From NCBI GenBank assembly GCA_043808235.1, contig JAZDFC010000039.1, forward strand, positions 71,475 to 135,474: a stretch of DNA of 64,000 bases, in the 5' to 3' direction. Source of the DNA: a bacterium. Its GTDB lineage: Bacteria; Bacteroidota; Ignavibacteria; Ignavibacteriales; Melioribacteraceae. Position numbers and translations under genes: made by a program. Shown in pieces: positions 1 to 10,524 of the stretch. Numbering within the stretch: position 1 is the stretch's first letter; each line of letters begins with the position of its first letter. The notes under the pieces are model-generated. The model ran no database searches and was not told the origin of the DNA. It worked only from the letters and a program-made list of their open reading frames with translations.

Positions 1-1112
1 CAAGGTTTGCCGCCGGGCAGGGTGTTTCTGTTTTGATGCTTGAGAAGGATCGAGATGTCGGATACCCGGTTCGATGCGGCGAAGCAGTGAGTAAAGTTGG
101 ACTCGAACAATTTATTGAGCCGAATGAAAAATTCATCGCGGCTACAATAAATAAATTCTCAATGATTTCTCCCGATGATACTGAAGTGGTTCTCCCGCTT
201 GATCAAACAGGGTATATTCTTGAAAGAAGAATTTTTGATTACGAACTCGCAAAACAAGCCGGTAATGCCGGAGCCGAAATTTTAACGCGCGCTTATGTAA
301 ACGGATTGCTATTCGATGAAGGAAAGGTTGCCGGTGTGAAATTTGAGTATCAAGGTGAACAGCGCGAAGTAAAATCTAAAATTGTGATTGCTGCCGATGG
401 CGTTGAGTCGAGAGTGGGAAGATGGGCGGGTTTAAAAACCTACATCGATTTCCGTGATATGGAAAGCGCGGTTCAAATTACAGCCGCAAATATCCCGGTT
501 GATCAAAACACATGTTATTTCTATTTTGGACAGGAGTATGCGCCTCACGGATATTTTTGGATTTTTCCCAAAGGGAATAACTCTGCAAATATTGGACTCG
601 GCGTAAGCGGCATGATCGGAAAGAAGAAATCCGCGCAATCTTATCTTAACGATTTTATGCAGAAGAAATATCCGTACGCGCCTGTGCTTACTCAAATTGC
701 GGGCGGTGTACCCTGCAGTATTACACTCGATAAAATTTCAGCGCAGGGAATAATGCTAACCGGTGATGCGGCCCGGCAGGTTAATCCGCTTTCCGGCGGC
801 GGAATTACAAGTGGAATGATAGGCGGAAGTATTGCCGGATCAATCGCTGCCGAATCAATTAAAATGAAAAAGCCCGATCATGTTTTTACTTACGACAAAG
901 CATGGCATGAGAGAGTAGGAAAGAAACATGAAACTTATGACAGAATTAAAAACGGGATTTATAATTTTACCGATGAAAAATTTAATCAGATTGCTCACTC
1001 GTTTTCAAAAGTGAAAATGGAAAAACGCACTCTTGGAAATCTATTCACGACAGCGTTGATTAATAATCCATCGTTGCTGATCGATGTTGCAAAGGTGTTT
1101 GTCGTTCGATGA
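1..1112 (+). CDS. Geranylgeranyl reductase family FAD-dependent oxidoreductase (5' end truncated by the window edge; reading frame is open back to nt 3)
   Basis: PVRCGE...SK motif and overall GGR/ChlP-like layout. The N-terminal Rossmann GxGxxG is missing and the frame stays open to position 3, so the gene starts upstream of the window. Its stop overlaps the next start (ATGA). Confidence 0.7.
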   Translation, partial: RFAAGQGVSVLMLEKDRDVGYPVRCGEAVSKVGLEQFIEPNEKFIAATINKFSMISPDDTEVVLPLDQTGYILERRIFDYELAKQAGNAGAEILTRAYVNGLLFDEGKVAGVKFEYQGEQREVKSKIVIAADGVESRVGRWAGLKTYIDFRDMESAVQITAANIPVDQNTCYFYFGQEYAPHGYFWIFPKGNNSANIGLGVSGMIGKKKSAQSYLNDFMQKKYPYAPVLTQIAGGVPCSITLDKISAQGIMLTGDAARQVNPLSGGGITSGMIGGSIAGSIAAESIKMKKPDHVFTYDKAWHERVGKKHETYDRIKNGIYNFTDEKFNQIAHSFSKVKMEKRTLGNLFTTALINNPSLLIDVAKVFVVR

Positions 1113-2614
1113 AAAAGATAATCCTTGAAATATTGCAACAGCATTATGAGGATGTTGTCGAGAATTGGGTGCGGGCTATTTCAGATCAGCTTGCCGAAAA
1201 ATTATCGGAATCGCAAATAAGAACATTTGTTGAAAGTACGCTGATTATATTAATGGACATCATCGAAAATTCGGATTACCTTGCGGCGGATCAATATCTA
1301 ATCGACAATTACAATCTCTTCAATTCTGCGCAGTTAAATCTGCTTGAGATCAGTCAGTTGTTTACTCAATGCAGATATGCTGTTTTTAATGTAATTGAAA
1401 AGAATAAAACTTATCAATACGATCCGGTAATTCTTCTTGGCTTTATCGATAGTATCATCGAGCAGATATTTGCGCGTTATGGTATGCTGCACCAGCAGGC
1501 GCTTATGCGGGAATTAACCCAGGATCGCGACAGACTTGCATCCAAGCTTGATCAAAACCAGGAATATCTTAAAAGTATTTTGCATTCAACCGATTCGGCA
1601 ATATTGATGGTTGATGAGGATGAAAAAATAATTGCATGGAATAAAAGCGCAGAAAAAATCTTTGGATATAAAGAGGAAGAAGTTCTCGGCAAGGGTTCGT
1701 CATTTCTCTTTCCGCCCGGCGAAAATTATGAGAAAGAACTTCAGTACATTAAAAGCGAAACTAAAAGAAGAGGATATGTAAAGATCGATGAAACCGAGCG
1801 GCTCGATAAAAAGGGCAGAGCGATTTCGGTTGAATTGAATGTTTCAAAACTGCCCGGGAAAAACGGAAACTACTCCGGTAGATCGATAATTATTAAAGAT
1901 AAAACCGAAGTAAAAAAATTACAGGAACAGGTTGACCAGTCCGAAAAACTTGCAGTCATCGGTCAGCTTGCCGCCGGCGTTGCTCATGAAATCGGTAATC
2001 CACTCGCATCCATATCATCGCTAATACAGATATTGCAGAGAAAAACCAGCGACGATTTCTTGAGCGAGCAATATGCAACAATAAAAGAAAATATTGATAG
2101 GATTACAAAAATTGTGCGTGAGCTTGTTGACTTTTCGCGACCGCCAAGTTACGAAAACCAACCGACGCAGATAACGGACGTTATTAAAACTGCAATTGGT
2201 ATTGTTAAGTACGACAAGCGCGTAAAAAAGGTTCAGTTCATAACCGAGTATGATTATGAAATGCCGGTTATAAAAATTGTCCCGGATCAACTGCTGCAGG
2301 TTTTCGTCAATATTCTTATCAACGCACTTGATGCGATGGCAGGGCAGGGAAATATTTCTGTTAGATCGTTTCATGATGATAATTTCGCGTCCATCGAAAT
2401 AAAAGACAGCGGCTGCGGCATGACAAAAGAAGTTATGGATAAAATTTTCAATCCTTTTTTTACAACAAAGGAAGTTGGCAAAGGAACCGGGCTTGGATTA
2501 TCGGTTAGCTACGGAATAGTGAAAAAATTTAATGGCGAAATTCTTGTTGATAGCGAACAAGGTAAAGGAAGTATATTTACAATTAAACTGCCTGTGGTAA
2601 ATAATGTTGAGTAA
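1109..2614 (+). CDS. Soluble PAS-domain sensor histidine kinase
   Basis: PAS-like segment, HisKA H-box (AHEIGNPLASI), HATPase_c N/G boxes (NALDAM, DSGCGM, GTGLGL). No obvious TM segment. 4-nt ATGA overlap with the upstream CDS. Confidence 0.85.
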   Translation: MKKIILEILQQHYEDVVENWVRAISDQLAEKLSESQIRTFVESTLIILMDIIENSDYLAADQYLIDNYNLFNSAQLNLLEISQLFTQCRYAVFNVIEKNKTYQYDPVILLGFIDSIIEQIFARYGMLHQQALMRELTQDRDRLASKLDQNQEYLKSILHSTDSAILMVDEDEKIIAWNKSAEKIFGYKEEEVLGKGSSFLFPPGENYEKELQYIKSETKRRGYVKIDETERLDKKGRAISVELNVSKLPGKNGNYSGRSIIIKDKTEVKKLQEQVDQSEKLAVIGQLAAGVAHEIGNPLASISSLIQILQRKTSDDFLSEQYATIKENIDRITKIVRELVDFSRPPSYENQPTQITDVIKTAIGIVKYDKRVKKVQFITEYDYEMPVIKIVPDQLLQVFVNILINALDAMAGQGNISVRSFHDDNFASIEIKDSGCGMTKEVMDKIFNPFFTTKEVGKGTGLGLSVSYGIVKKFNGEILVDSEQGKGSIFTIKLPVVNNVE

Positions 2615-2730
2615 AATATTTTACAAACTAATCGTTCACGTATCATCCTTTAGGATGATTTATTCGGATAGCGATACCGTTTACGGTATCGCGGTGAAAA
2701 AATTTAGCACAACAACTCCGGGGTGAAATA

Positions 2731-4101
2731 ATGTCAATCAAAATATTAGTTGCCGATGATGAAAAAGCGATTCGCGATTCGCTGAAAATAATTCTTACCG
2801 ACGAAGGTTACGAAACAGTTACCGCCGAAGATGGCGAAGAGGCGCTGGAAGTAATTAAAAACAAAGATATCGATATCACAATTACAGATATTAAAATGCC
2901 GAAATTAGACGGGATTGAATTGCTAACGAACGCAAGTAAAATTTCGCCCGACACATTTTTTATTATTATGACCGCATATGCGTCGGTTAAAACCGCAATA
3001 GATGCGTTACGGCAGGGCGCATACGACTATCTTATTAAACCTGTTGAGTTTGACGATCTCATTATTCGAATTAAAAGATTAGCTGAATTCAAAAATCTTG
3101 CATTGGAAAACAGAACTCTCCGTCAGCGGCTCTCTGCCGAAACCGGATATCAAAACATAATCGGAAAAAGCGAATCGATGCAAAAGGTTTTTGACATCAT
3201 TGACCAAGTTGCATCAACAAACAGCAGTGTTTTTATTTATGGTAAGAGTGGAACGGGAAAAGAACTTGTCGCACGGGCAATTCATTTTAAAAGTAAAAGA
3301 AGCGACAAAATATTTCTTCCCGTAAACTGCGGCGCCATTTCTGAAAACTTAATTGAGAGCGAACTATTCGGTCATAAAAAAGGATCGTTCACCGGCGCAA
3401 CGGAAGATAAAATGGGATTGTTCAAAGTTGCTGATGGAGGCACCCTCTTCTTAGATGAGATTGGAGATTTGCCGTTGAATCTTCAGGTTAAACTTTTGCG
3501 TGCGATTGAAGACAGAGAATTTTTACCCGTCGGCGGAACGAAGATGGTTAGTACCAACGTGCGGATAATTGCAGCTACCAATCAGGATATTTTCGAAAAA
3601 ACAAAATCCGGTGAATTCAGAGAAGATTTGTTTTACCGGTTGAACGTAATCGAAATAAAACTTCCCACATTGAATGAACGAAAAGAAGATATACCGTTTC
3701 TTGCAAATCATTTTATTGAAAAATACTGCAAGGAGATGGGAAAGAAAGTACACTCGGTTGACAATGACACAATGAAAATATTTATGAGTCATGAATGGCG
3801 CGGCGGCGTGCGCGAATTGGAAAATGTAATTGAACGCGCTGTAATATTTGCGCGCAGTGAATTGATTACCTCAAACGAATTGCCGGATTATTTGAAAGGA
3901 ACTACGGTTTCATCAGGCTATTCCGATTCATTAAAAGACGCAACGCGCGAATTTGAGAAGGAACACATTCTAAAAATCATGAAGAAATACGAGTTCAACA
4001 AAGATGCGGTTGCGCATGCGCTCAACATTGGTTTGTCTTCGTTATATCGTAAGATGGAAGAGCTCGGAATCCCGACAAAAATTTCTGAGGATGAAGGATA
4101 A
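2731..4101 (+). CDS. Sigma-54-dependent response regulator (NtrC family)
   Basis: Receiver domain (ADDE...D...K), AAA+ sigma-54 activator motifs (GKSGTGKE, GAFTGA-like FTGATEDK, ESELFGH), C-terminal Fis-type HTH. Confidence 0.9.
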   Translation: MSIKILVADDEKAIRDSLKIILTDEGYETVTAEDGEEALEVIKNKDIDITITDIKMPKLDGIELLTNASKISPDTFFIIMTAYASVKTAIDALRQGAYDYLIKPVEFDDLIIRIKRLAEFKNLALENRTLRQRLSAETGYQNIIGKSESMQKVFDIIDQVASTNSSVFIYGKSGTGKELVARAIHFKSKRSDKIFLPVNCGAISENLIESELFGHKKGSFTGATEDKMGLFKVADGGTLFLDEIGDLPLNLQVKLLRAIEDREFLPVGGTKMVSTNVRIIAATNQDIFEKTKSGEFREDLFYRLNVIEIKLPTLNERKEDIPFLANHFIEKYCKEMGKKVHSVDNDTMKIFMSHEWRGGVRELENVIERAVIFARSELITSNELPDYLKGTTVSSGYSDSLKDATREFEKEHILKIMKKYEFNKDAVAHALNIGLSSLYRKMEELGIPTKISEDEG

Positions 4102-4109
4102 TTTTATTA

Positions 4110-4157
4110 GAAACGACATATCTTCAGTCCATTTTTTAGAAAAAGATATGTCGTTTC
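4110..4157. terminator. Bidirectional intrinsic terminator-like hairpin between convergent genes
   Basis: Perfect 15-bp stem gaaacgacatatctt / aagatatgtcgtttc with an 18-nt T-rich loop, lying between the stop of the RR gene (4101) and the stop of the minus-strand TBDR gene (4170). Confidence 0.55.
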
Positions 4158-4169
4158 TTCCTGCTTGAT

Positions 4170-6452
4170 TTAAAATTCTACGCTTATTCCAATAGACGGC
4201 AGTAAACCGATACTTTCTTCTTCGTCAAGTTTATTCTCTCTATAATTCCAACGGATCCTGTTACTTTGTTTGTTATTATAAATGTTTTGAACATCGATGT
4301 AAGTAATCAAACTCCAGCTCTCGAAGTTCCATCGTTTATCGACTCTTAAATCGAGACTATGCAAAGGATCGAATCGGAGAGTATTATAATCGGAAATGTT
4401 TTGAGTTCCATTCAAACCGAATGGAGTGTAAGGAATTCCCGAAGCGAATCTGAATTTGAATGATGTTTCCCACTCGTCATCGAAGATGTAACCGCCGCTG
4501 AAACTAAATATCCACTTTTGATCATAAGCGCCCGGACGTTCAATGCCGTCGAGCGAAGTGAAATACGATTCGCTATAAGTCCCGCTCATCAATCCATATA
4601 ATCCGGTTCCGGAAGATTTTTTCTGAATCGATAATTCAAGTCCGCGAACAAATCCTTTCCCGTCGCTGCTCAATGGCTCCAATCCAAACGCAGCAAAGTT
4701 ATCCTCGGCGCCGGGGAATCCAACTCCTGTATTTGCCAGCACCAGGTAAGAACGCAATATACTTGCCGGATAATCCGAATAGTTCTTATAGAATATTTCG
4801 GTTTTAAATCTGATGTCTTCCCGAAGGAGTCTTTCAAATCCAAGCACATATTGTACAACCCGAATCGCATTGAGGTTGTTTGCGTTATTCGATGTTAATA
4901 GCCAAATGTAAGTTGGAAACTGGTAATATAGACCGGTGCTAAAATTCAAGCTTGTCAATTCATCGAATTGGAGACTCGTAGAAAACCGCGGGCTGAAATA
5001 ATATTTGTTTTTTATACCGTCGAAATAATCAACACGAAAACCAAGATTGACACGCCACATATCATAATAAAATCCGCTATACTGTGTGTACAATGCCGAC
5101 TTCAAATATTTTTCATCGGGACTTATTTTCGTAACCGGCAAGACTTCTCCGTAAGTTGTAATAAAATCCGAAGGGAAAATAACATCGCCGTAAAAATCAA
5201 TTATCTTACCGGATAGCCCGGCGGAGATTTCCGAATTTGGCAGCATTTTATAAACCACTTCGGCTTTGATTTCGTTTTCCGCTTCGATTGTTTTGTTCAG
5301 AAAAATCGGAATAAAAAAGGTGTCTTTCTGAAACGAATTATATTTTATATAACTTCTGCTCGCACTGAAATTTATAAATCCCTTGTTAAATAAGTGAAGG
5401 AAAGAAAGGCCCGCTGTGTATTGGTTCTGTTCGCTTGCAAGAATTCGCGAATTGTCGTATATATCTTTTGCGTCGTCGTTATTAAAATTTACTCTATCGA
5501 GTGCGCCAATAAGCAAAAACGATAATTTGTTGTGAGGATCAAAATCATAATTCATCTTTGAAAGCAGATCGTAATATTCCGGTACAAAGCTGAATCCGGC
5601 AGCGTTAAAAATGAAATCGAGATAACTACGCCGCAGTGAGAAGAGATAATTGCCTTTGCTATTGAATGGTCCTTCGAGATTCAAACCGAATTGAGTTGCC
5701 GAAATTGTTGCCTTCCCGCCAAACCGGTCGTCTCTCCCTTCGCGTAAATCAATGTTTAATACCGATGAAAGTTTGTCGCCGTACCGAGATGAAAATCCAC
5801 CGGTAGAAAAAGATGTCTCTCTCACAAAATCGAGATTTATATAGCTAAGCGGACCGCCGGTTGCTCCCTGTGTTGCAAAATGATTTATCGTGGGAATCAT
5901 AAATCCGTCAAGCATATAAAGATTTTCGGACGGAGCTCCTCCGCGCACAATCAAATCATTCCGAGCTGCTGCTTGTTGTGCCACGCCGGGCAGCACCGAT
6001 AATGCCCTTATCACATCTTCAAATCCTCCGGGCGATCTCCTTATTTCTTCGTAATTGAAAGTTTTCATGCTGGTTACTTCGAGTGGACTGTGCTCGAAAT
6101 ACTTTGATGTGACAATTACATTCTCGAGTTCAAGCGCCGACTCGCCCAGTTCAATTATTACATACGGCGGTCTTGCGGAATTAACCACAACATCAGTTTT
6201 AACAACAGATTCATATCCAACAAAAGATGCCTGCAACAAATATGTTCCAGATGAAATTCCCGTTATTGTAAATTCACCATTTAAATCCGATGCCGCCCCG
6301 ATAGTTGTTCCGGGAATAATGATATTAACGCCCGGCAGCGGCTCTTTCGAAATTTCATCAATCACTTTTCCGTTTATCGATAATCCGGATTGCTGCGCAA
6401 ATAATCCAATTTCAAAAACTAGCAAAAAGGGCAATAATAATTTTCTTTTCAT
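4170..6452 (-). CDS. TonB-dependent receptor with N-terminal carboxypeptidase-regulatory-like domain (SusC/RagA-like architecture)
   Basis: Signal peptide, CarbopepD_reg-like beta-sandwich (INGKVIDEISKEPLPGVNI...), plug and barrel regions, C-terminal aromatic residue (…VEF). Confidence 0.8.
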   Translation of the reverse strand: MKRKLLLPFLLVFEIGLFAQQSGLSINGKVIDEISKEPLPGVNIIIPGTTIGAASDLNGEFTITGISSGTYLLQASFVGYESVVKTDVVVNSARPPYVIIELGESALELENVIVTSKYFEHSPLEVTSMKTFNYEEIRRSPGGFEDVIRALSVLPGVAQQAAARNDLIVRGGAPSENLYMLDGFMIPTINHFATQGATGGPLSYINLDFVRETSFSTGGFSSRYGDKLSSVLNIDLREGRDDRFGGKATISATQFGLNLEGPFNSKGNYLFSLRRSYLDFIFNAAGFSFVPEYYDLLSKMNYDFDPHNKLSFLLIGALDRVNFNNDDAKDIYDNSRILASEQNQYTAGLSFLHLFNKGFINFSASRSYIKYNSFQKDTFFIPIFLNKTIEAENEIKAEVVYKMLPNSEISAGLSGKIIDFYGDVIFPSDFITTYGEVLPVTKISPDEKYLKSALYTQYSGFYYDMWRVNLGFRVDYFDGIKNKYYFSPRFSTSLQFDELTSLNFSTGLYYQFPTYIWLLTSNNANNLNAIRVVQYVLGFERLLREDIRFKTEIFYKNYSDYPASILRSYLVLANTGVGFPGAEDNFAAFGLEPLSSDGKGFVRGLELSIQKKSSGTGLYGLMSGTYSESYFTSLDGIERPGAYDQKWIFSFSGGYIFDDEWETSFKFRFASGIPYTPFGLNGTQNISDYNTLRFDPLHSLDLRVDKRWNFESWSLITYIDVQNIYNNKQSNRIRWNYRENKLDEEESIGLLPSIGISVEF

Positions 6453-6584
6453 GGATTCCTTTTTAATTTTGAAAAGGTTAACAAGTCCCGGCGTAAATTA
6501 GTTTCGTCAAACACTTTAAAAATATAAAAAACCGACAAACTGTTGCATGTTTATCGGCTGTTGTCACAATCTAAAAAATCGAGA

Positions 6585-7193
6585 TTATTTGAAATATTTT
6601 ATTGAAGCTATTGATGATTCGATTGCCTTTTCCACGGATTCGTAGAAGGTCTTTTTAATTGAATAATCGAACTGGATAATTTCATCTCGGTCATTCGTAA
6701 AAAGTAATTTAAAAGCTACGAGATCTATTCTATCAACATGAAACCGCGTAATAGTAATTCCGTTATTTTCGTACTCATCCTTTTTAATATCATCGGGATT
6801 GAATTTGCTCATAATATCTTTTGAGTACGCTTCAATAGCATCATCCATGTCCATTTCGGGATTGTTGATTTTGACTTTGCCGGTGAATAACATACTCCGG
6901 CTAACTGAGTCAATGAATACACTTGAAAGATTATATGAAAACAATTCTCTCGCGGCGTTTGCTGTGTCTTTTTTGATCATTCTGCTGGAAACTTCCGGGG
7001 GGAGCGGTTTCCAATTTATCGGTGGGTGATAAAAAACTCCAATATAGTTATCCGAAATTGCAGGATCGAGTTTAGTACTATCAATCATTATTTTTTTATC
7101 GGCGGTTTCTCCCGATCCGGATTTACATCCGAATCCATTAATTGCTATAAAAACAAACCAGAATGCTAAATAAAAATATTTCATTTTGTTCAT
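6585..7193 (-). CDS. Hypothetical lipoprotein
   Basis: Signal peptide with lipobox-like GFGC; no recognisable domain. Confidence 0.45.
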   Translation of the reverse strand: MNKMKYFYLAFWFVFIAINGFGCKSGSGETADKKIMIDSTKLDPAISDNYIGVFYHPPINWKPLPPEVSSRMIKKDTANAARELFSYNLSSVFIDSVSRSMLFTGKVKINNPEMDMDDAIEAYSKDIMSKFNPDDIKKDEYENNGITITRFHVDRIDLVAFKLLFTNDRDEIIQFDYSIKKTFYESVEKAIESSIASIKYFK

Positions 7194-7456
7194 CAGAAAT
7201 CCTTATAAAAATATTGGAAAAAATACTGATTCGAATAGTCATTCCCAATTTTTTGTTATTGTTTTTTTAATCCAGTTCCCGGGAAAATACTTCGCAGATT
7301 TTTGAGTTCTTAATTGCGTAATTTTCGCCGGTAACAAATTTGTTTTGCCGCTTTATCGGCAATTGGAAAATATTAGTACCCCGCTATTTTGGGATTGCAT
7401 TATATAAAAATTGTTTCCATATAGAGCATGTTGTTATTTAATTATGAGCTATTGAA

Positions 7457-10024
7457 ATGAACACAAAGCAAAAATTATTTTTCGTCATCACATTTATTAT
7501 CTCAGCAATTTATATATCCGTTCTTTGGGAATTTAAGGATGTTTTGAAAACAAAGGAGCGAATACCCGGAGCTTATAAATCGCTATTGTTTTGGAATGAT
7601 TCAAGAAGTTACCCGGCAAGTAACATTCCTTCTGCCGGATTTTACAACGCATTTGTTGAATCGCAAAAGCTGATGAGTAAAAACAGTTATTCGGGAAACG
7701 ATAGTTGGATACCAATTGGTCCGCAAAACTTTGGCGGCAGAACTATTTCCATTGCAATTAATCCGCTCAATCCGCTAACGATTTATGCCGGTTCAGCCAG
7801 TGGCGGATTATGGCGTTCCTATACCGGGGGCAAAGGCATTTCCGCATGGCAATATATTAAAACCGGATTCCCCGTACTCGGTGTCGGAGCTATCGCCATT
7901 GATTATTCAGATACAAACAAAATTTACATCGGAACAGGTGAAGTTTATCAATATGGAAATTCTATTGGCGGAATTGCAGAAAGACCGACACGCGGCAGTT
8001 ATGGAATCGGAATTTTAAAAACGACTGACGGCGGAAATACATGGACCAAAAGCTTAGATTGGACAGCCCAGCAGGAAAGAGGTGTGCAGGTTATAAAAAT
8101 TAATCAGGATAATGCGAGTACAATTTGGGCAGGCACTACCGAAGGATTATATAAATCAACGGATTCTGGCGCTTCTTGGAAATATGTGTATGGAATTCCA
8201 ATGATCACCGATTTGATTATCAATCCGGATAATCCCAATAAAATTTATTTTACTGCTGGCAATTTCGCCACAACGGGATTCGGATGTTATCGATCAATCG
8301 ATGGCGGTATTAATTGGAAAAAAATATCTTCAGGTTGGCCAGCATATTACGAAGGCAAGGCGCTGCTTTCGTTATGCGAAACACAAACGGATATAATTTA
8401 TGCAAGTGTTGGAGGTGATTACAGCGGGGTTCTCGGAACATGGTTATGTAAAACCACGAACGGAGGTGATAATTGGTCGGTGGTTTCTACAACCGATTAC
8501 GCTGATTATCAGGGTTGGTTCTCCCATTTCGTTGTAACGCACTCACTTGAGCCAGACAAAATTATTACCGGCGGAATAGATATTTGGAAATCCAACGACG
8601 GCGGAATAACTCTGACTAAAAAATCTATCTGGAGTAATTGGGACCTTGGCAGAACACCCGTCGGCGGACCCGAAGGACCGGATAATTATTCGCACGCCGA
8701 TCATCATTGTTTCGCCGTACACCCTACCAATCCAAACATTGTTTATTTTGGAAATGACGGCGGAGTATTTCGAACGACAGATTTCGGGAGTACATTCGAA
8801 GGATTGAACGGTGGTTACCAGACGATGCAATTTTACAGTGGATTTACAACCTCGCATACAAATCCGCAATTGAGTATGGGTGGATTCCAGGATAACGCTT
8901 CAGCCATATACGACGGGCAGCTTGCGTGGTTTCGGTGCATTGGCGGCGACGGCGCATGGACGGCAATCGATCAATTCAATAATGATATTCTTTATGGTTC
9001 GTGGCAGAATTTAAGTATGGTAAAATCGACTGACCGCGGCGAAACATGGGATTATATTATGCCGCCCAGCGAAGGCACAACTGCTTTTGCGGCGCCGTTC
9101 GTAATCGGCGTTGATAATCCTGATATTATTTATGCTGCACGAAGTATTGTTTATAAATCCACAGATGGGGGCACAAGGTGGAACCGTACTAACGCGGGAT
9201 TCCCGGTTACTTCCAATTGTCCAATAACAATGGCAATATCATTTCAAAATTCAGCGAAAGTATATCTTGCGGCTGCGCCAACTTTTTCAAACGCGGATGT
9301 TTACAAAACAACCGACGGCGGCGATACATGGATTGATATAACCGGAAACTTACCCGATAGGTATCCGATGGATGTTGAAGTCGATCCGATGGATGATCAA
9401 AAAGTCTATATTGTGTTTTCGGGATACGGCACCTCGCATGTGTTCAAATCTATAAATGGCGGAGATACATGGATGGATATTAGCGCCGATCTTCCCGATG
9501 TGCCTGCTCAATCTGTGGCGGTTGATCCCGAACATCCCGATTATATTTATGTTGGAAATGATCTCGGTGTTTTCGTATCGGCGGACGGAGGAAGTACGTG
9601 GAATACTTTTAGCGAAGGATTGCCGGACGCAGTAATGGTTTACAATATTTCCATTTCGATGGCGGCACGTAGAATAAGAATTGCAACTCACGGTAACGGT
9701 GCATACGAGAGAGATTTGTTTGAAACGCCAAATTCAGTCAATGACGAGAAATCAACTCCAGATAAATTCATACTGGAACAGAATTATCCGAATCCCTTCA
9801 ATCCAACAACAACTATATCATATTATCTGCCAGATAATAGCCGGGTAATTTTAAAAGTTTACGATGCTGTGGGAAAAGAAGTTGCGGAGCTTGTAAACAG
9901 CGTTCAAACAAAGGGGAAACACAATGTAAAGTTTAATGCGGAAACGCTCGCAAGCGGGGTATATTTTTACCGCCTTAATTCCGGCGAGCAAGTCATAACG
10001 AAGAAGATGACGCTTGTGAAGTAA
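7457..10024 (+). CDS. BNR/Asp-box repeat protein (sortilin/glycosyl-hydrolase-like beta-propeller) with T9SS type-A C-terminal sorting domain
   Basis: Many S/TxDGGxTW Asp-box repeats; C-terminal ...YPNPFNPTTTISYYLP...LKVYDAVGKEVAELV...GVYFYRL Por-secretion tail. Confidence 0.8.
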   Translation: MNTKQKLFFVITFIISAIYISVLWEFKDVLKTKERIPGAYKSLLFWNDSRSYPASNIPSAGFYNAFVESQKLMSKNSYSGNDSWIPIGPQNFGGRTISIAINPLNPLTIYAGSASGGLWRSYTGGKGISAWQYIKTGFPVLGVGAIAIDYSDTNKIYIGTGEVYQYGNSIGGIAERPTRGSYGIGILKTTDGGNTWTKSLDWTAQQERGVQVIKINQDNASTIWAGTTEGLYKSTDSGASWKYVYGIPMITDLIINPDNPNKIYFTAGNFATTGFGCYRSIDGGINWKKISSGWPAYYEGKALLSLCETQTDIIYASVGGDYSGVLGTWLCKTTNGGDNWSVVSTTDYADYQGWFSHFVVTHSLEPDKIITGGIDIWKSNDGGITLTKKSIWSNWDLGRTPVGGPEGPDNYSHADHHCFAVHPTNPNIVYFGNDGGVFRTTDFGSTFEGLNGGYQTMQFYSGFTTSHTNPQLSMGGFQDNASAIYDGQLAWFRCIGGDGAWTAIDQFNNDILYGSWQNLSMVKSTDRGETWDYIMPPSEGTTAFAAPFVIGVDNPDIIYAARSIVYKSTDGGTRWNRTNAGFPVTSNCPITMAISFQNSAKVYLAAAPTFSNADVYKTTDGGDTWIDITGNLPDRYPMDVEVDPMDDQKVYIVFSGYGTSHVFKSINGGDTWMDISADLPDVPAQSVAVDPEHPDYIYVGNDLGVFVSADGGSTWNTFSEGLPDAVMVYNISISMAARRIRIATHGNGAYERDLFETPNSVNDEKSTPDKFILEQNYPNPFNPTTTISYYLPDNSRVILKVYDAVGKEVAELVNSVQTKGKHNVKFNAETLASGVYFYRLNSGEQVITKKMTLVK

Positions 10025-10040
10025 AAGTTGACTGCATAGC

Positions 10041-10081
10041 AGCTCAACATTTTTATATAAAGATATCATGAAATGTTGAGC
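10041..10081 (+). terminator. Terminator-like hairpin downstream of the BNR gene
   Basis: 11-bp stem gctcaacattt / aaatgttgagc with an 18-nt loop; the tail is not strongly U-rich. Confidence 0.35.
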
Positions 10082-10259
10082 TTCTAAATGCTATAACATT
10101 TTCGTAAATTTTACTGTATTAAATTAATCACCCGTTTTATGCGTGCGTAATTCGAAGCGAAGCTTCGAAAAGAATGTTGAATTAATAATCGAAGCTATCG
10201 CTTCGATTTACAAATCGTACTATATAATAATGCAATTATTCAAAGGATAAAATAGAAAC

Positions 10260-10418
10260 ATGTACACACTGATCTTTCTTGGCGTAGCCGTTCTTGTTCT
10301 GCTTGCTCTTGGCGGGTTCTTTTATTTTTTAAGCTGGATGGATAGAAAAATTGATAGTAAAGACAGACTTGGCAGCTCATCAATTGTAAAGAAGAAAAAG
10401 ACGGAAGAAGAGCGGTGA
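10260..10418 (+). CDS. Small 52-aa single-TM protein (not in the ORF track because it is under 60 aa)
   Basis: ATG...TGA ORF MYTLIFLGVAVLVLLALGGFFYFLSWMDRK... with a hydrophobic N-terminal helix and a basic tail; AT-rich promoter-like sequence upstream. Confidence 0.3.
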   Translation: MYTLIFLGVAVLVLLALGGFFYFLSWMDRKIDSKDRLGSSSIVKKKKTEEER

Positions 10419-10524
10419 TGGAATGTTATATGGAAAATGGTAAATGGAAGATGGTAAATGGTAAAAGAAAAGAATGGTAATGAAAAACACACATTCAATT
10501 TTTCATCTTATAATTGACATGACA

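Noticed and set aside
6453-7456. Search for a sigma-54 (-24/-12) promoter near the NtrC-type regulator's neighbourhood
   Set aside because: No convincing TGGCAC-N5-TTGCW match was found by eye. The TTGCCG-N6-CGGCAA palindrome at ~7348 is noted, but its function cannot be assigned.
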